64,000 nucleotides of DNA from positions 216,690,001 through 216,754,000 of the forward strand of contig OX597814.1 of NCBI GenBank assembly GCA_951406725.2, in the 5' to 3' direction. The translations under genes were made by a program, and so were the position numbers. The first letter of the stretch is position 1. Every line of letters starts with the position of its first letter. Shown here in pieces: positions 1-12,875 of this stretch. The notes under the pieces are model-generated. The model searched no databases. It had not been told where the DNA came from and saw nothing but the letters and a program-made list of their open reading frames with translations. Source of the DNA: Octopus vulgaris (Eukaryota).

Positions 1-199
1 CCATGCATTAACGTATCACACCCCGCCCTCTCCCTTTTCCCACTACCCCACCGCATTATACATTACCCTTTCCCTCTTCCTTTAATTTTATTTCTCAGAC
101 GCTTCTGTCCTAATAAATTATATTTTCAGATTTGCCTTAAAATTGTTTTCTTGTTTACGTTGATTACTAACTAATTAATTATTTAACTAATTTAATGAA

Positions 200-740
200 A
201 ATAGTTCAGTCATTGAAGGACAATTTAAGAAACCTTTATTAAAAGAATTGTCTTATAGAGGACTTCACATCATGCTAGGAATAACTGTCAAGTGCACAGA
301 AATTTGTGTTCTTTTTCATAGAGAACTGAAAGGTCTTAAAGAATCATAAATCTGCCCCCGTCAAAGTGGTCAGTATTGATGTTGAAAACACAAACCAAGG
401 GACTTTAAATTCACTTTGTTTATCCTTTTTTTATGTATGTAAGTGAAGGATAACTTCAGAAAACTTTATGAAACAATCTGACCCCTAAATTGTCTCGCAT
501 CATTCAAGAAAGACCAACGATGCTTTTATGAAACGTATTGTTCTACAGGTGGTCCGGTATCTTGCTAGAAATAATAGCTCATTGTATTATTTTCATGCAA
601 GACTGAAGGATACTTTAAAAAGCATCTGGAGAAATATTGTCCTTCTGGTGGTCTTACGTGATGCTAGAAATAACAGCCACGTACGTTAAAATTTTGTATT
701 GTTTTCCTATAAGAAATAAGGACACTTAAAAAATCCTCTC
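200..740 (+). repeat. Degenerate ~100-120 bp satellite-like repeat (TGCTAGAAATAACAG / TGAAGGACAC motifs)
   Basis: Motif pair recurs at ~270, 560 and 660, and again in patches at 8220-8460, 9840-10450 and 12180-12400. Confidence 0.6.
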
Positions 741-1091
741 TACACACACACACACACATATCCTTCGCTGTGCTTCTCCAATTCTTTCACTCCCTCTCTC
801 AACCGATACACTCCCTCTCCCATCGTTGTCTCAGAGGAGACCACCCCTCTCTCTCTCTCACTCTCTCTTTACCACCTCATATATCATAATATCCCTCTAC
901 TTCTTTTACTTTCTCGCCCGCGTCAATCCCTCCTCCCTCAATTTCCAAACCTATCTGTCGCTATCTCTCTCCCCTCCACCTCATTATATAATGCTCTATG
1001 ACTACGCCTTCTTTGCTTTTATCTCTTACCTCATACTTTCCCTCTTTTGCTTATATATCCCTCTTTACTCCCTTTCTATCTCTCTCTCTAT

Positions 1092-1194
<103 letters not shown>

Positions 1195-1499
1195 ATCTCA
1201 ATATCTCATTCTCACACATCGTTCTCTCTGTCGCTTTGTCTGTCTGATTATTTGCCTCTCTCTTTCTCACTCTCTTTTCTTACTCTCTCTCTCTCTCTCT
1301 ATCTTTCAACCCCTGTCACTGTCACTCCCCCTCTCTCCCTCTCTCTTACCTCATTGTGTGTGTGTGTGTGTAGAGGATTTTTTAAGTGTCCTTATTTCTT
1401 ATAGGAAAACAATACAAAATTTTAGCGTACGTGGCTGTTATTTCACTCTCCCTCCTCCTCTTTTCAAAGAACGAAAGAATCACTTCGACTTTCTTTCGT

Positions 1500-1535
<36 letters not shown>

Positions 1536-1928
1536 TACGGCTTTCTTTCCTCCTTTCTTTCTTTCTTTACTGCTTTCTTTCCTGCTTTCTTTCCTGCTTT
1601 CTTTCGTTCTATCTTTCTTTCTTTCTTTACGGCTTTCTTTCCTCCTTTCTTTCTTTCTTTACTGCTTTCTTTCCTGCTTTCTTTCGTTCTATCTTTCTTT
1701 CTTTCTTTACGGCTTTCTTTCCTCCTTTCTTTCTTTCTTTCCTTCTTGTTTCTTTATCTTTTTGAGCCTTTGTTTCTTTTTTCTTCCTTTACATACTTCT
1801 TTCATTCCTTGTTTTCTTGTTCTTTCTTTCTTTCCTCTTTCTTTTTATCCTTCTTTCTTTCTCACCTTTTTCCTTTCCTTCTTTCTTTCGTTTTTCTCTT
1901 TCCTTTTCTCTCTCTATCTTTCTCTCTT

Positions 1929-1959
<31 letters not shown>

Positions 1960-1979
1960 CTTTCTTTCTTTCTATTTGT

Positions 1980-2032
1980 TCCTAGCCTTGTTTCCTTCTT
2001 TCTTTCATTCTTTCTCTCTTACTATCTTCTAT

Positions 2033-2074
<42 letters not shown>

Positions 2075-2140
2075 TGTTTCTATTTATGTCTAGCCTTGTT
2101 TCCTTCTTTCATTCATTCTTTCTCTTTTACTATCTTCTAT

Positions 2141-2173
<33 letters not shown>

Positions 2174-2229
2174 ATTTGTCTCTAGCCTTGTTTCCTTCTT
2201 TCATTCATTCTTTCTCTCTTACTATCTTC

Positions 2230-2278
<49 letters not shown>

Positions 2279-2337
2279 ACTTGTTCCTAGCCTTGTTTCC
2301 TTCTTTCTTTCATTCTTTCTCTCTTACTATCTTCTAT

Positions 2338-2368
<31 letters not shown>

Positions 2369-2427
2369 ATTTGTCTCTAGCCTTGTTTCCTTCTTTCATT
2401 CATTCTTTCTCTCTTACTATCTTCTAT

Positions 2428-2467
<40 letters not shown>

Positions 2468-2625
2468 TGTTTCTATTTGTGTCTAGCCTTGTTTCCTTCT
2501 TTCATTCATTCTTTCTCTTTTACTATCTTCTATTCTCTCTCTCTTTCTTTCTTTCTTTCTTTTGTCTCTAGCCTTGTTTCCTTCTTTCATTCATTCTTTC
2601 TCTCTTACTATCTTCTTTCTCTCTT

Positions 2626-2668
<43 letters not shown>

Positions 2669-2729
2669 ACTTCTCTCTAGCCTTGTTTCCTTCTTTCATT
2701 CATTCTTTCTCTCTTACTATCTTCTATTC

Positions 2730-2766
<37 letters not shown>

Positions 2767-2822
2767 TGTCTCTAACCTTGTTTCCTTCTTTCATTCATTC
2801 TTTCTCTCTTACTATCTTCTAT

Positions 2823-2855
<33 letters not shown>

Positions 2856-3028
2856 ACTTCTCTCTAGCCTTGTTTCCTTCTTTCATTCATTCTTTCTCTC
2901 TTACTATCTTCTATTTTCTCTCTCTTTCTCTCCCTCTCTTTTTCTCTCTCTCTTTCTTTCTTTCTTTCTATTTGTTCCTAGCCTTGTTTCCTTCTTTCAT
3001 TCATTCTTTCTCTCTTACTATCTTCTAT

Positions 3029-3059
<31 letters not shown>

Positions 3060-3145
3060 ATTCTCTCTAGCCTTGTTTCCTTCTTTCATTCATTCTTTCT
3101 CTCTTACTATCTTCTATTCTCTCTCTCTTTCTCTCCCTCTCTTTT

Positions 3146-3183
<38 letters not shown>

Positions 3184-3466
3184 TTTCTATTTGTTCCTAG
3201 CCTTGTTTCCTTCTTTCATTCATTCTTTCTCTCTTACTATCTTCGATTCTCTCTCTCTTTCTTCCTTTCTTTCTTTCTTTCTTTCTATTTGTCTCTAGCC
3301 TTGTTTCCTTCTTTCATTCATTCTTTCTCTCTTACTATCTTCTATTCTCTCTCTCTTTCTTTCTTTCTTTCTTTGTTTCTATTTGTCTCTAGCCTTGTTT
3401 CCTTCTTTCATTCATTCTTTCTCTCTTACTATCTTCTATTCTCTCTCTCTTTCTCTCTCCTCTCTT

Positions 3467-3499
<33 letters not shown>

Positions 3500-3680
3500 C
3501 TATTTGTTCCTAGCCTTGTTTCCTTCTTTCATTCATTCTTTCTCTCTTACTATCTTCGATTCTCTCTCTCTTTCTCTCTCTCTTTTTCTCTCTCTCTCTC
3601 ATCCTTTCTTTCTTTCTTTCTATTTGTGTCTAGCCTTGTTTCCTTCTTTAATTCATTCTTTCTCTCTTACTATCTTCTAT

Positions 3681-3713
<33 letters not shown>

Positions 3714-4002
3714 CTACTTCTCTCTAGCCTTGTTTCCTTCTTTCATTCATTTTTTCTCTCTTACTATCTTCTATTCTCTCTCTCTTTCTCTCTCTCTCTT
3801 TTTCTCTCTCTCTTCCTTTCTTTCTTTCTATTTGTGTCTAGCATTGTTTCCTTCTTTCATTCATTCTTTCTCTCTTACTATCTTCTATTCTCTCTCTCTT
3901 TCTCTCTCTTTTTCTCTCTCTCTTCCTTTCTTTCTTTCTTTCTATTTGTTTCTAGCCTTGTTTCCTTCTTTCATTCATTCTTTCTCTCTTACTATCTTCT
4001 AT

Positions 4003-4041
<39 letters not shown>

Positions 4042-4326
4042 ATTTGTCTCTAGCCTTGTTTCCTTCTTTCATTCATTCTTTCTCTCCTACTATCTTCTAT
4101 TCTCTCTTTCACTCTTTCTCTCTCTCTTTCTTTCTTTCTTTTTTTCTATTTGTTCCTAGCCTTGTTTCCTTCTTTCATTCATTCTTTCTCTCTTACTATC
4201 TTCGATTCTCTCTCTCTCTTTCTCTCTCTCTTTTTCTCTCTCTCTCTTCCTTTCTTTCTTTCTTTCTATTTGTGTCTAGCCTTGTTTCCTTCTTCCATTC
4301 ATTCTTTCTCTCTTACTATCTTCTAT

Positions 4327-4357
<31 letters not shown>

Positions 4358-4929
4358 CTATTTGTGTCTAGCCTTGTTTCCTTCTTTCATTCATTCTTTC
4401 TCTCTTACTATCTTCTATTCTCTCTCTCTTTCTTTCATTCTTTCTTTCTTTCTTTCTACTTCTCTCTAGCCTTGTTTCCTTCTTTCATTCATTCTTTCTC
4501 TCTTACTATCTTCTATTCTCTCTTCTCTTTCTTTCTTTCATTCTTTCTTTCTTTCTACTTCTCTCTAGCCTTGTTTCCTTCTTTCATTCATTCTTTCTCT
4601 CTTACTATCTTCTATTCTCTCTCTTTATTTCTTTCTTTCTTTCTTTCTACTTCTCTCTAGCCTTGTTTCCTTCTTTCATTCATTCTTTCTCTCTTACTAT
4701 CTTCTATTCTCTCTCTCTTTCTCTCCCTCTCTTTTTCTCTCTCTCTCTTCCTTTCTTTCTTTCTTTCTATTTGTGTCTAGCCTTGTTTCCTTCTTTCATT
4801 TATTCTTTCTCTCTTACTATCTTCTATTCTCTCTCTCTTTCTTTCATTCTTTCTTTCTTTCTTTCTTTCTACTTCTCTCTAGCCTTGTTTCCTTCTTTCA
4901 TTTATTCTTTCTCTCTTATTATCTTCTAT

Positions 4930-4963
<34 letters not shown>

Positions 4964-5130
4964 TGTCTCTAGCCTTGTTTCCTTCTTTCATTCATTCTTT
5001 CTCTCCTACTATCTTTTATTCTCTCTCTCTCTCTTTCTCTCTTTCTTTCTTCCTTTCTTTCTTTTTGTCTCTAGCCTTGTTTCCTTCTTTCATTCATTCT
5101 TTCTCTCTTACTATCTTCTATTCTCTCTTT
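1980..5130. repeat. Polypyrimidine minisatellite, >30 units of ~80-110 bp
   Basis: Conserved core CTAGCCTTGTTTCCTTCTTTCATTCATTCTTTCTCTCTTACTATCTTCTATT separated by variable (CT)n/(CTTT)n. Confidence 0.95.
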
Positions 5131-6114
5131 CTCTCCCTCCCTTCTTTCTCTCTCTCATTCTCATCCCATTCTTTATTACAGAATCACTTCACGTTTTTTT
5201 GTTTCTTTCCATCTTTCTTCCTCACTTTCTTGTTCTGTTTCTTTTTTCTTCCTTCATTTCATTATTCCTTCCGTCCATCTTTTCTTTCTTTCTTTTCCCT
5301 CCCATCCTTCCCTTCTTTCTTCTTTTCTCTCTTGATTTCCTTCTTTCTTGTTGTCTCTTCCTCCCTCTCTCCTCTCACTTTCTCTTTTGTCATCTCTGTA
5401 ACCCCATCTCTCAATCCTCCCTGTCTCTCTGTCTCTCTCCTTCAAACCCATCTCTTTGTCCCCCTCTTCTTCTCTCTCTTTAACTCTGACCCTTCCTGTA
5501 TCTGACTGTCTGTCTACCTGTGTGTCTCTCTCCTTTTCTTTGCTTCTCTTTCATACTCTCTCTCTCTCTCTCTCTCACCCACCTCATTAATAATTACTCT
5601 ACCATTCTGCCTCTCTTCCCATTTATAAGTCTGAAACCTATTTAGGGGTAATTTGGGGTCACTAAGTTTTAAAATTGCAATATTTTTCTTTTCTATCACG
5701 TCATGTGATTTTTCCCTATAGACTGGTCCATATTAACCCACCCATAGCTCCATCTTTCAGAAATTTCTCGATGTGTCTTTGAAAGAGTAGCTTAGCAGTA
5801 AGAATCTCAGAGTCAGTTGAGCATTCAGTGAGTGAGGTTGTGACGCTCTGTTGGCCTCGTATACATACATGTATAGAAGTGTGTTTCCTAATATCTCTGT
5901 GCTTCAACGCTCGGTCGTCTCAATCTGCTTTGTTAATCTCTTCTTACTGTCAACAAATGTACAAAAGACATCATAGTTAAACATTTCTGTTGAATATTTA
6001 TTTTATCTAAGTATTTCGACATCTATTTAGACAAACCTAGATACATAAATATGCTCTTTGTTATTTTCTCTCTTTTCACATTTATCTCCTGAAATAAGGC
6101 AGAGGTTCAGTAGC

Positions 6115-7465
6115 ATGGTGTCTTTGCGAAGGAAATGCTTGAAATTCCCTGACTCTTTTTGTTATATATGTGGATGTTTTACAGTATCAAGTCCAAGAAT
6201 GAACATTGCTCAATTGACTTACCTGAAGATTAAAGTTGGCAATCGGTATAAATCATGGGTCCCGCTCAATATATGTAAACCCGGTGCCGAAAAATCTATA
6301 CCAATCATCAAAGGACTCAAACAAACAACTAACTTTTGGCATTCCTATGGCATGGTGAGAACCGAAGAACCATATTAAAGATTGCTACTTTTGTCTCATA
6401 AATTCTTCTGGTTATAGCAAGAGATTGCGACAGAACAAATCTGGATTCATCAAATCGTCCAATGTTTCACCCAGAACCCAGTTTCAAGGAACTACCGTCA
6501 TTGCAAGATAAAAATGGTATATGTGAAGTAGATGTAAAACATGAAGATGACAGTGATACAGACTTTGTAGTAACATCGACCAAAGAACGTGAAAACCAGG
6601 CAGAACTCAAGTATTTCGTTAGGGACCTAGGACTGTCACAAGAGTTATCGGAACTTATCTTCTAGGCTTAAAGAGAAGAATGTGTTACAGAAACGTGACT
6701 TTTTATCAGAACAAAGAAAAAGTCCTCTTAGCATTCATTACAACTGAAAATTATTTTGCTTACTGTTGTGACGTGGCGGGACTGTTAAATGCGATGGGTG
6801 GTGGATACTATGACCGCAGTGAGTTTATAGATAGCTGAAAGAAGTGTCTAAAATGTTTGTTAGTCCATAATTGAAACTTGTTTGCTGCGCTTCCTATTGG
6901 TCACTCTGTGAACTTAAAAGAGAATTATGATCACATAAAAGTTGAATTAGATTTACCCAAATCTGATGAACATAAATGGGTCATATGTGTGGATCTAAAA
7001 ATGCTCAACTTTTTACTTGGTCAACAAAGAGTTTACACAAAACATTCGTCTTTCCTGGGTTTATGCGATAACCAAACGAGAGACAATCATAGGGAGCGGA
7101 AACTCTGGCAAGTAAGGAAAAGTTTGACTTCTGGAGAGAAGAATATCATACACGAAAGACTTGTTGAGCGAGAGAAAATCATCTTCTCAACCCTTCATAT
7201 TAAACTAGGACTAATGAAGTAATATATCGAAGCTCTTAATGTGGAGAGTAGCTGTTTCAAATCCATATGTTTAGCATTTCCTAGCATTTCCTGTGTTATG
7301 ATAAAATAACGGCTGGTGTTTTTTGATGGGTCACAAATCCGAAAGTTAATGAAATGCCAGACATTCTCGCTCTCGATGACTGACGTAGAAAAAAGAGTAT
7401 GGGATTCATTTGTGGCTGTTGTGAAAGGATTCGTAGCGAGTGAAAAGGCTGAGAACTACAATAAG
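6115..7465 (+). pseudogene. Decayed DNA-transposon transposase, probably CMC/Chapaev-3-like
   Basis: Broken frames carry RKCLKFPDSFCYICG, EPKNHIKDCYFC, RDLGLSQELSEL, PIGHSVNLKENY, WVICVDLKMLNFLLGQQ, LHIKLGLMK and FDGSQIRKL, motifs of a widespread invertebrate transposase family; superfamily assignment is from memory. Confidence 0.65.
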
Positions 7466-7549
7466 GATTCATTATTTATTTGTCCTCATTTTGCTTGTTG
7501 TTCTCATTCCTAAGGTATTTTTCGATGTTATTATTATTATTAAGGTCAT

Positions 7550-7608
7550 TGCCTGGATTCGAACTCGGAATCTTGGGGTTAGTATCCCGCATTCTTAACG
7601 ACTACGCC
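7550..7608 (-). mobile_element. tRNA-derived SINE head
   Basis: Reverse complement GGCGTAGTCGTTAAG...GAGTTCGAATCC has A-box and B-box but no paired acceptor stem. Confidence 0.55.
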
Positions 7609-7769
7609 TGTGGGCAATTATGGAGTGAATTTTAGGGGTTATAAATCTAATATTTTCCTATACTTCCTTAATACCGGTTTCCATAATCTTCTTATATCTG
7701 CACTCGGTTTGCTTAGGAGGTTGTTGTGTCCTAGCATATGTGCTGCTTCTTCCAGTTTTCGTATTTTCC

Positions 7770-8056
7770 AGTGAGTGGATTTAGTAGAAGGAAACTGAAA
7801 GAAGCCCGTCGTATATATGTATATGTATATGCGTGTGTGTGTTTGTGTGTCTGTGTTTGTCCCCTAGCATTGCTTGACAACCGATGCTGGTATGTTTATG
7901 TCCCCGTCACTTAGCTGTTCGGCAAAAGAGACCGATAGAATAAGTACTGGGCTTACAAAAGAATAAGTCCCGGGGTCGAGTTGCTCGATTGAAGGCAATG
8001 CTCCAGCATGGCCGCAGTCAAATGACTGAAAGAAGTAAAAGAGTAAAAGAGTAAAA
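7770..8056 (+). mobile_element. SINE family A, 5'-truncated copy
   Basis: Matches 52018-52306, including the GCTCCAGCATGGCCGCAGTCAAATGACTGAA and (GTAAAAGA)n tail. Confidence 0.85.
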
Positions 8057-8151
8057 GGGTATATATATATACTTCTACCCTCTCTCTCTCTCACTAAACT
8101 ATATATCCCTCCCCTTCTCTTACCCGTTGTCTCTTTATGTTCCACTTCTTT

Positions 8152-8188
<37 letters not shown>

Positions 8189-8457
8189 ACTTTATCTCTC
8201 TTTCCCCATATCTTTCTCTCTCTCTAAAGGACACTTTACAGATCAACCACAAAAATATTTCCCCACCCATGATTTCATATCCTGCTAGAAAATACAACCA
8301 ATTACCTTCAAACCTGCATTTACTTTCAATTGAAGGACAGTTTAAGAAGCATGTATTTAGAACATTTCCTATATGTGGTCAATCTTCACGCTAAAAACAG
8401 AAATCAAATGACTACAAATTTTGTTTGTTTTTCATATAAGAATTGAAGGATGTTTCC

Positions 8458-8460
<3 letters not shown>

Positions 8461-8493
<33 letters not shown>

Positions 8494-8790
8494 ACATCAA
8501 CGTTTAACGTCCGCTTTCCATGCTAGCATGTGTTGGACGGTTTTGACTGAGGGCTGGTGAACCAGATGGCTGCACTAGGCTCCAATCTTGATCTGGCAGA
8601 GTTTTTACAGCTGGATGCCCTTCCTAACGCCAACCACTCCGAGAGTGTAGTGGGTGCTTTTTACGTGTCACCGGCATGGGGGCCAGTCAGGCGGTACTGG
8701 TAATGACCTCACGCGAATCTTTTTACACATGCCACCGGCACAGGTGCCAGTGAAGCGACGTTGGTAACGATCACGCTCGAATGGTTTCCC
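8461..8790 (-). mobile_element. RTE-related retroposon 3' end with (CAT)n tail
   Basis: (CAT)n then CGTTTAACGTCCGCTTTCCATG...GGATGCCCTTCCTAACGCCAACCAC; related sequence in opposite orientation at ~32570-32710. Confidence 0.55.
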
Positions 8791-8864
8791 AATTATTTAT
8801 AAAAGCAATTGATCTCCAAATGATCTCAAAATATTTAATAAAAACGGTAACTATGCATCCAGGC

Positions 8865-9265
8865 CTCAAACCCATATCTCCAGAAAGACATTCAGCACCT
8901 GGAACGGGTTCAATACTTAGCCAACGGAATGATCGTGGGCCTGTCTAAGCTTACGGATGAGGAACGTCTCCAACGGCTGGCATTACCTTCACTCGAACAA
9001 CAGAGAATGTGGGAGAACTCATCCCAGCTTTCAACATCTTCAACGGGAATATAAACCTACCATTTGCGGAGTTTTTCACCCTTGCGCCGGATAGGGGTCT
9101 TCGTGGGCACGATTGGAAACTCTGTCCCCAACACTTTCGACCCAACAGGCAGAAGGCTACATTCTCCATCCGTATCGCAGCCCCGTGGAACAAGCTACCA
9201 TAAGATGTCATTCAACTGCCCATCACTCCCCTGTTCAAAGAGGCTCTGGACAATTGTGACGACTG
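8865..9265 (+). mobile_element. CR1/L2-group LINE 3' fragment
   Basis: KDIQHLERVQ...EERLQRLALPSLE...LRGHDWKL...FSIRIAAPWNKLP, the C-terminal signature of CR1-group ORF2. Confidence 0.8.
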
Positions 9266-9315
9266 TATAAAACAATAACTGCTTTTCTTTTTTAACATGG
9301 CTTAAGCATATTGTG

Positions 9316-9530
9316 CTCTTTTACTCTTTTACTTGTTTCAGTCATTTAACTGTGGCCATGCTGAAGCACCGCCTATACTAGAGCAAATCGACCCCAGGAG
9401 TTATTCTTTGTAAGCCTAGTACTTATTCTATGAGTATATATTGCCTAACCGCTAAGTTACGGGGACGTAAACACACCAGCATTGGTTGTCAAGCGATGTT
9501 GGGGGGACAAACACAGACACACTAACACAC

Positions 9531-9601
<71 letters not shown>

Positions 9602-9800
9602 TATATACATACACATATATATACGACGGGCTTCTTTCAGTTTCTATCTACCAAATCCACTCACAAGGCTTTGGTCGGACCAAGGCTATAGTAGAAGACA
9701 CCTGACCAAGGTGTCACGCAGTGGGACTGAACCCGGAACCATGTGGTTGGTAAGCAAGCTACTTATCACACAGTAACTCCTGCGCCTGCACACAGCCACT
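9316..9800 (-). mobile_element. SINE family A copy
   Basis: Reverse complement of the 51896-52306 type with an internal (CA)n(TA)n tract. Confidence 0.88.
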
Positions 9801-10522
9801 TCTGTGGAAATAAATTCTGGCAATAAATTTGGCACTCTGGCATCGTGCTAGAAATAACAGTCAAGTGCTCTGAATTTCACTTCTTCTCCAGGTGGTCTCA
9901 TACGACCCTAGAATTACAAACTAAATGCTAAAATATGCCTTGTTTTTCATATAAAATGGAAGGACATTCAAAATATACACAAAATTACTGTTCAAAAGGG
10001 ATCTCACATCATTTTTGTGACAACACCCAAGTGTTCGAAAATTGGTATTGATTTTTGTATAAAAATGAAGGACACTTTAAGAATGATCTGTAAAACACTT
10101 ATAAAGATGGCTTCACTTCATGCTAAAAATAACAGCAAAATTTGCATTCTTTTTCATAGAAAAGTGTAGCACGACTGTCAAAATAATCTCTAATGAATTC
10201 ATACCATGCTAGATATAATAGCCAGTTGCTCCGAAATGCGCATTGATTTACATACAAAGTTGAAGGACTCTTGAAGAAGGATAATTTTATATGAAAGCAA
10301 GGTATATTTTAGCATTTGGTTTGTATTTCTAGCGTCGTATGAGACCACCTGGAGAATTGAAATTCAGAGCACTTAACTGTTATTTCTAGCACCTTGACAG
10401 AGTGCCTGACAAACAATATTTTTGGAGACATTATTCTAAACTGTCCTTCACATATTATATGGTAAAAAACATGAATTTCAAAGTACGTCAAATCAAATTA
10501 AATTTATTGCTGAATTTATTGC

Positions 10523-10853
10523 CGCAGGAGTGGCTGTGTGGTAAGTAGCTTGCTTACCAACCAGATGGTTCCGGGTTCAGTCCCACTGCGAGTCTTCTAC
10601 TATAGCCTCCGGCTGGTCAAAGCCTGGTGAGTAGATTTGGTAGACGGAAACTGAAAGAAGCCCGTCGTATATATGTGTGTTTGTCCTCCCTACCGATGCT
10701 GGTGTGTTTACGTCCCCGTAACTTAGCGGTTCGGCAAAAGAGACCACTAGAATAAGTACTACCCATAGAAAGAATAAGTCCTGGGGTCGATTTGGTCAAC
10801 TAAAGGATGTGCTCCAGCATGGCTGCAGTCAAATGACTGAAACAAGTAAAAGA
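10523..10853 (+). mobile_element. SINE family A copy
   Basis: tRNA-like head GCAGGAGTGGCTGTGTGGTAAG...GGTTCAGTCCC and family tail. Confidence 0.88.
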
Positions 10854-10855
10854 AA

Positions 10856-10902
<47 letters not shown>

Positions 10903-11003
10903 CGCGCACGTGCCTCTATCTCGCCATGTTGGATCGTTGGAGTCTGCACATTTTTCACTCGCCGTTTTTTTCATTCTCTTTCCATTTTATTTTTTTTCAT
11001 AAT

Positions 11004-11277
11004 CCTTTTTGTTGAAGAGCGTAGGCTCAAAAGGTGAAAGACTTTCTCATCTTTCCCGACCGTTAACATAATACGCCTTCCTGGTCGTTCCTACACTTGT
11101 CTTCATCTTTTGTTTTTATGTACATTTGAACTCTATATATACATAGTTAGAATTTACAAAAAGGACAGACAAAACAAAAGACGAAGACGGGTGTGTAAAC
11201 AACAAACATGTATTAGTTTAACGCTCGGGGAGTGAGAAAATATTTTACCTTCGAGCCTACGCCCTTCGACAGAAAGG
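11004..11277. mobile_element. Two inverted Penelope-like terminal repeats with degenerate hammerhead motifs
   Basis: GAAGAGCGTAGGCTC on + near 11014 and its complement GAGCCTACGCCCTTCGACAG near 11253; a third copy on - at ~30893-31020. Confidence 0.55.
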
Positions 11278-11314
11278 AACAAAGAGAGTGGCTAGGTTTA
11301 GTGGCTAGCGATCA

Positions 11315-12015
11315 TACTGGACCATCCAATAAATAATGCAGTTTTTTTTATATACTTCTATTATTTTTCAAAGTTAAAATGAAGTTCTATTTTAATCTAA
11401 AATACACTCTCCTTCATTTTTTACATACACTTGCAAGAGCCCTCTTCCAGAATTCACTTGTCCGAGACGAAAAATACGTCTGTTGTACTGTTCTGATCTC
11501 GTCGACTGAATTCATATTTTTTCCTCCAAATCTTTTTGAAGACTGCGGAATAAATGATTACTAGACGGGACAATGCCTAGCAAATATGGTTGGTGGGGCA
11601 TCACTTCCTATTCAAACTGCTCCAGCCCTTGGAATGTCATCCTCGCAATATGTGGTTGAGCATTATCCTGATGGAAGAATACCTTTCGTCTTGCAACCAA
11701 AGATGGTCCTTTTTCTTCTAGGACAGGTGTCGATGAATGGTTGAATGACTAAATCCAAGCTTCTCTGTTAGTTCCTCAACAGTTACGATGGAATTTTGTT
11801 GCGTCACGCTTTGCAGGACGTCCTCGTCGAGGTCTGCAGATCTTGCAGGACACTGGCTTATGTTTATTGCCCGATCCCCATATACTGCATTAATATTCCT
11901 AGCACTTTCTTTTGCGTTGATGCCCTTATTGAACTCATAAAGCAAAATATTCTCCTTTGTCACTTCCATTATAGCTTTGAAAAAATAGCAGTTAAGATCG
12001 AACTGCACTCTTGGT
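11315..12015 (-). mobile_element. Internally deleted Tc1/mariner element
   Basis: Minus ORF MEVTKENILLYEFNKGINAKESARNINAVYG...TVEELTEKLGFSHSTIHRHL (mariner HTH); FHQDNAQPH downstream; TA-flanked end near 11316. Confidence 0.8.
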
Positions 12016-12641
12016 AAAACAAAATATACCTACACGCGTGTTTATATGTGTGTGCGCATGCGTAATAAGAAAGGGAGACATATAGAAAGTAAGGGAGGTG
12101 GGGTGATATTAATATATGAGGAGGTGAAAGAGAAAATATTTTCTAAGTATCTTTAATATTTATATAAAACTTTAAGATACTTGGCTGTTATTTCTAGTAT
12201 CGCGTAAGGATCACTAGTTGGGCAAGATTTCTTCGTAAAGTGTCCTTCAATCTTTCATGGAAACCAATGCAAAATATAGTGTGTTGAGCCGTTATTTCTA
12301 GCATGTTGCTAGACCACTTGTAGGAAAACACATTTTATAGACGCTTCGTGAAGTCTCCTATTTCAATATGAAAAACATTACAAATTTGAAAGTCTTTAAT
12401 AATGGAAGGCAAGGTGAAGTGTGCTGCTCTCATCTACCATCTGAAGCTCCGATAGTGTGGGCGCATTGCCTCTGAAGATGGACAGTGCTGCTGTGGAGGT
12501 GGCGCCAAAAGAGACAGGTCTGAATGAGTTTTCCGTTTATATAGTTTCCATCGCGAGCCTACAGTAATAAATAATGAGGTGGGAGGGGGAGAGAGAAAGC
12601 AAGAAAGGTGGAGCATACAGTAATATATAATGAGGTGAGAC

Positions 12642-12875
12642 AAGGCGGCGAGCTGGCAGAAACGTTAGCACGCCGGGCGAAATGCTTAGCAGTATTTCGT
12701 CTGCCGTTACATTCTGAGTTCAAATTCTGCCGAGCTCGACTTTGCCTTTCATCCTTTCGGGGTCGATAATTTAAGTACCAGTTTCGCACTAGAGTCGATT
12801 TAATTGACTTAATCCCTTTGTCTGTCCTTGTTTGTCCCCTCTGTGTTTAGCCCCTTGTGGGCAATATAGAAATAT
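12642..12875 (+). mobile_element. SINE family B copy
   Basis: GGCGGCGAGCTGGCAGAA...GAGTTCAAATT...GACTTTGCCTTTCATCCTTTCGGGGTCGATAA; same family at 15189-15656 and 34988-35206. Confidence 0.85.

Noticed and set aside
1980-5130. CRISPR-like repeat/spacer appearance
   Set aside because: The spacers are low-complexity CT runs related to each other, there are no cas genes and the context is eukaryotic.
7550-7608. Possible tRNA genes here and at SINE heads (21745-21811, 25454-25525, 51896-51965)
   Set aside because: They have A/B boxes but no complete cloverleaf and run on into multi-copy SINE bodies.
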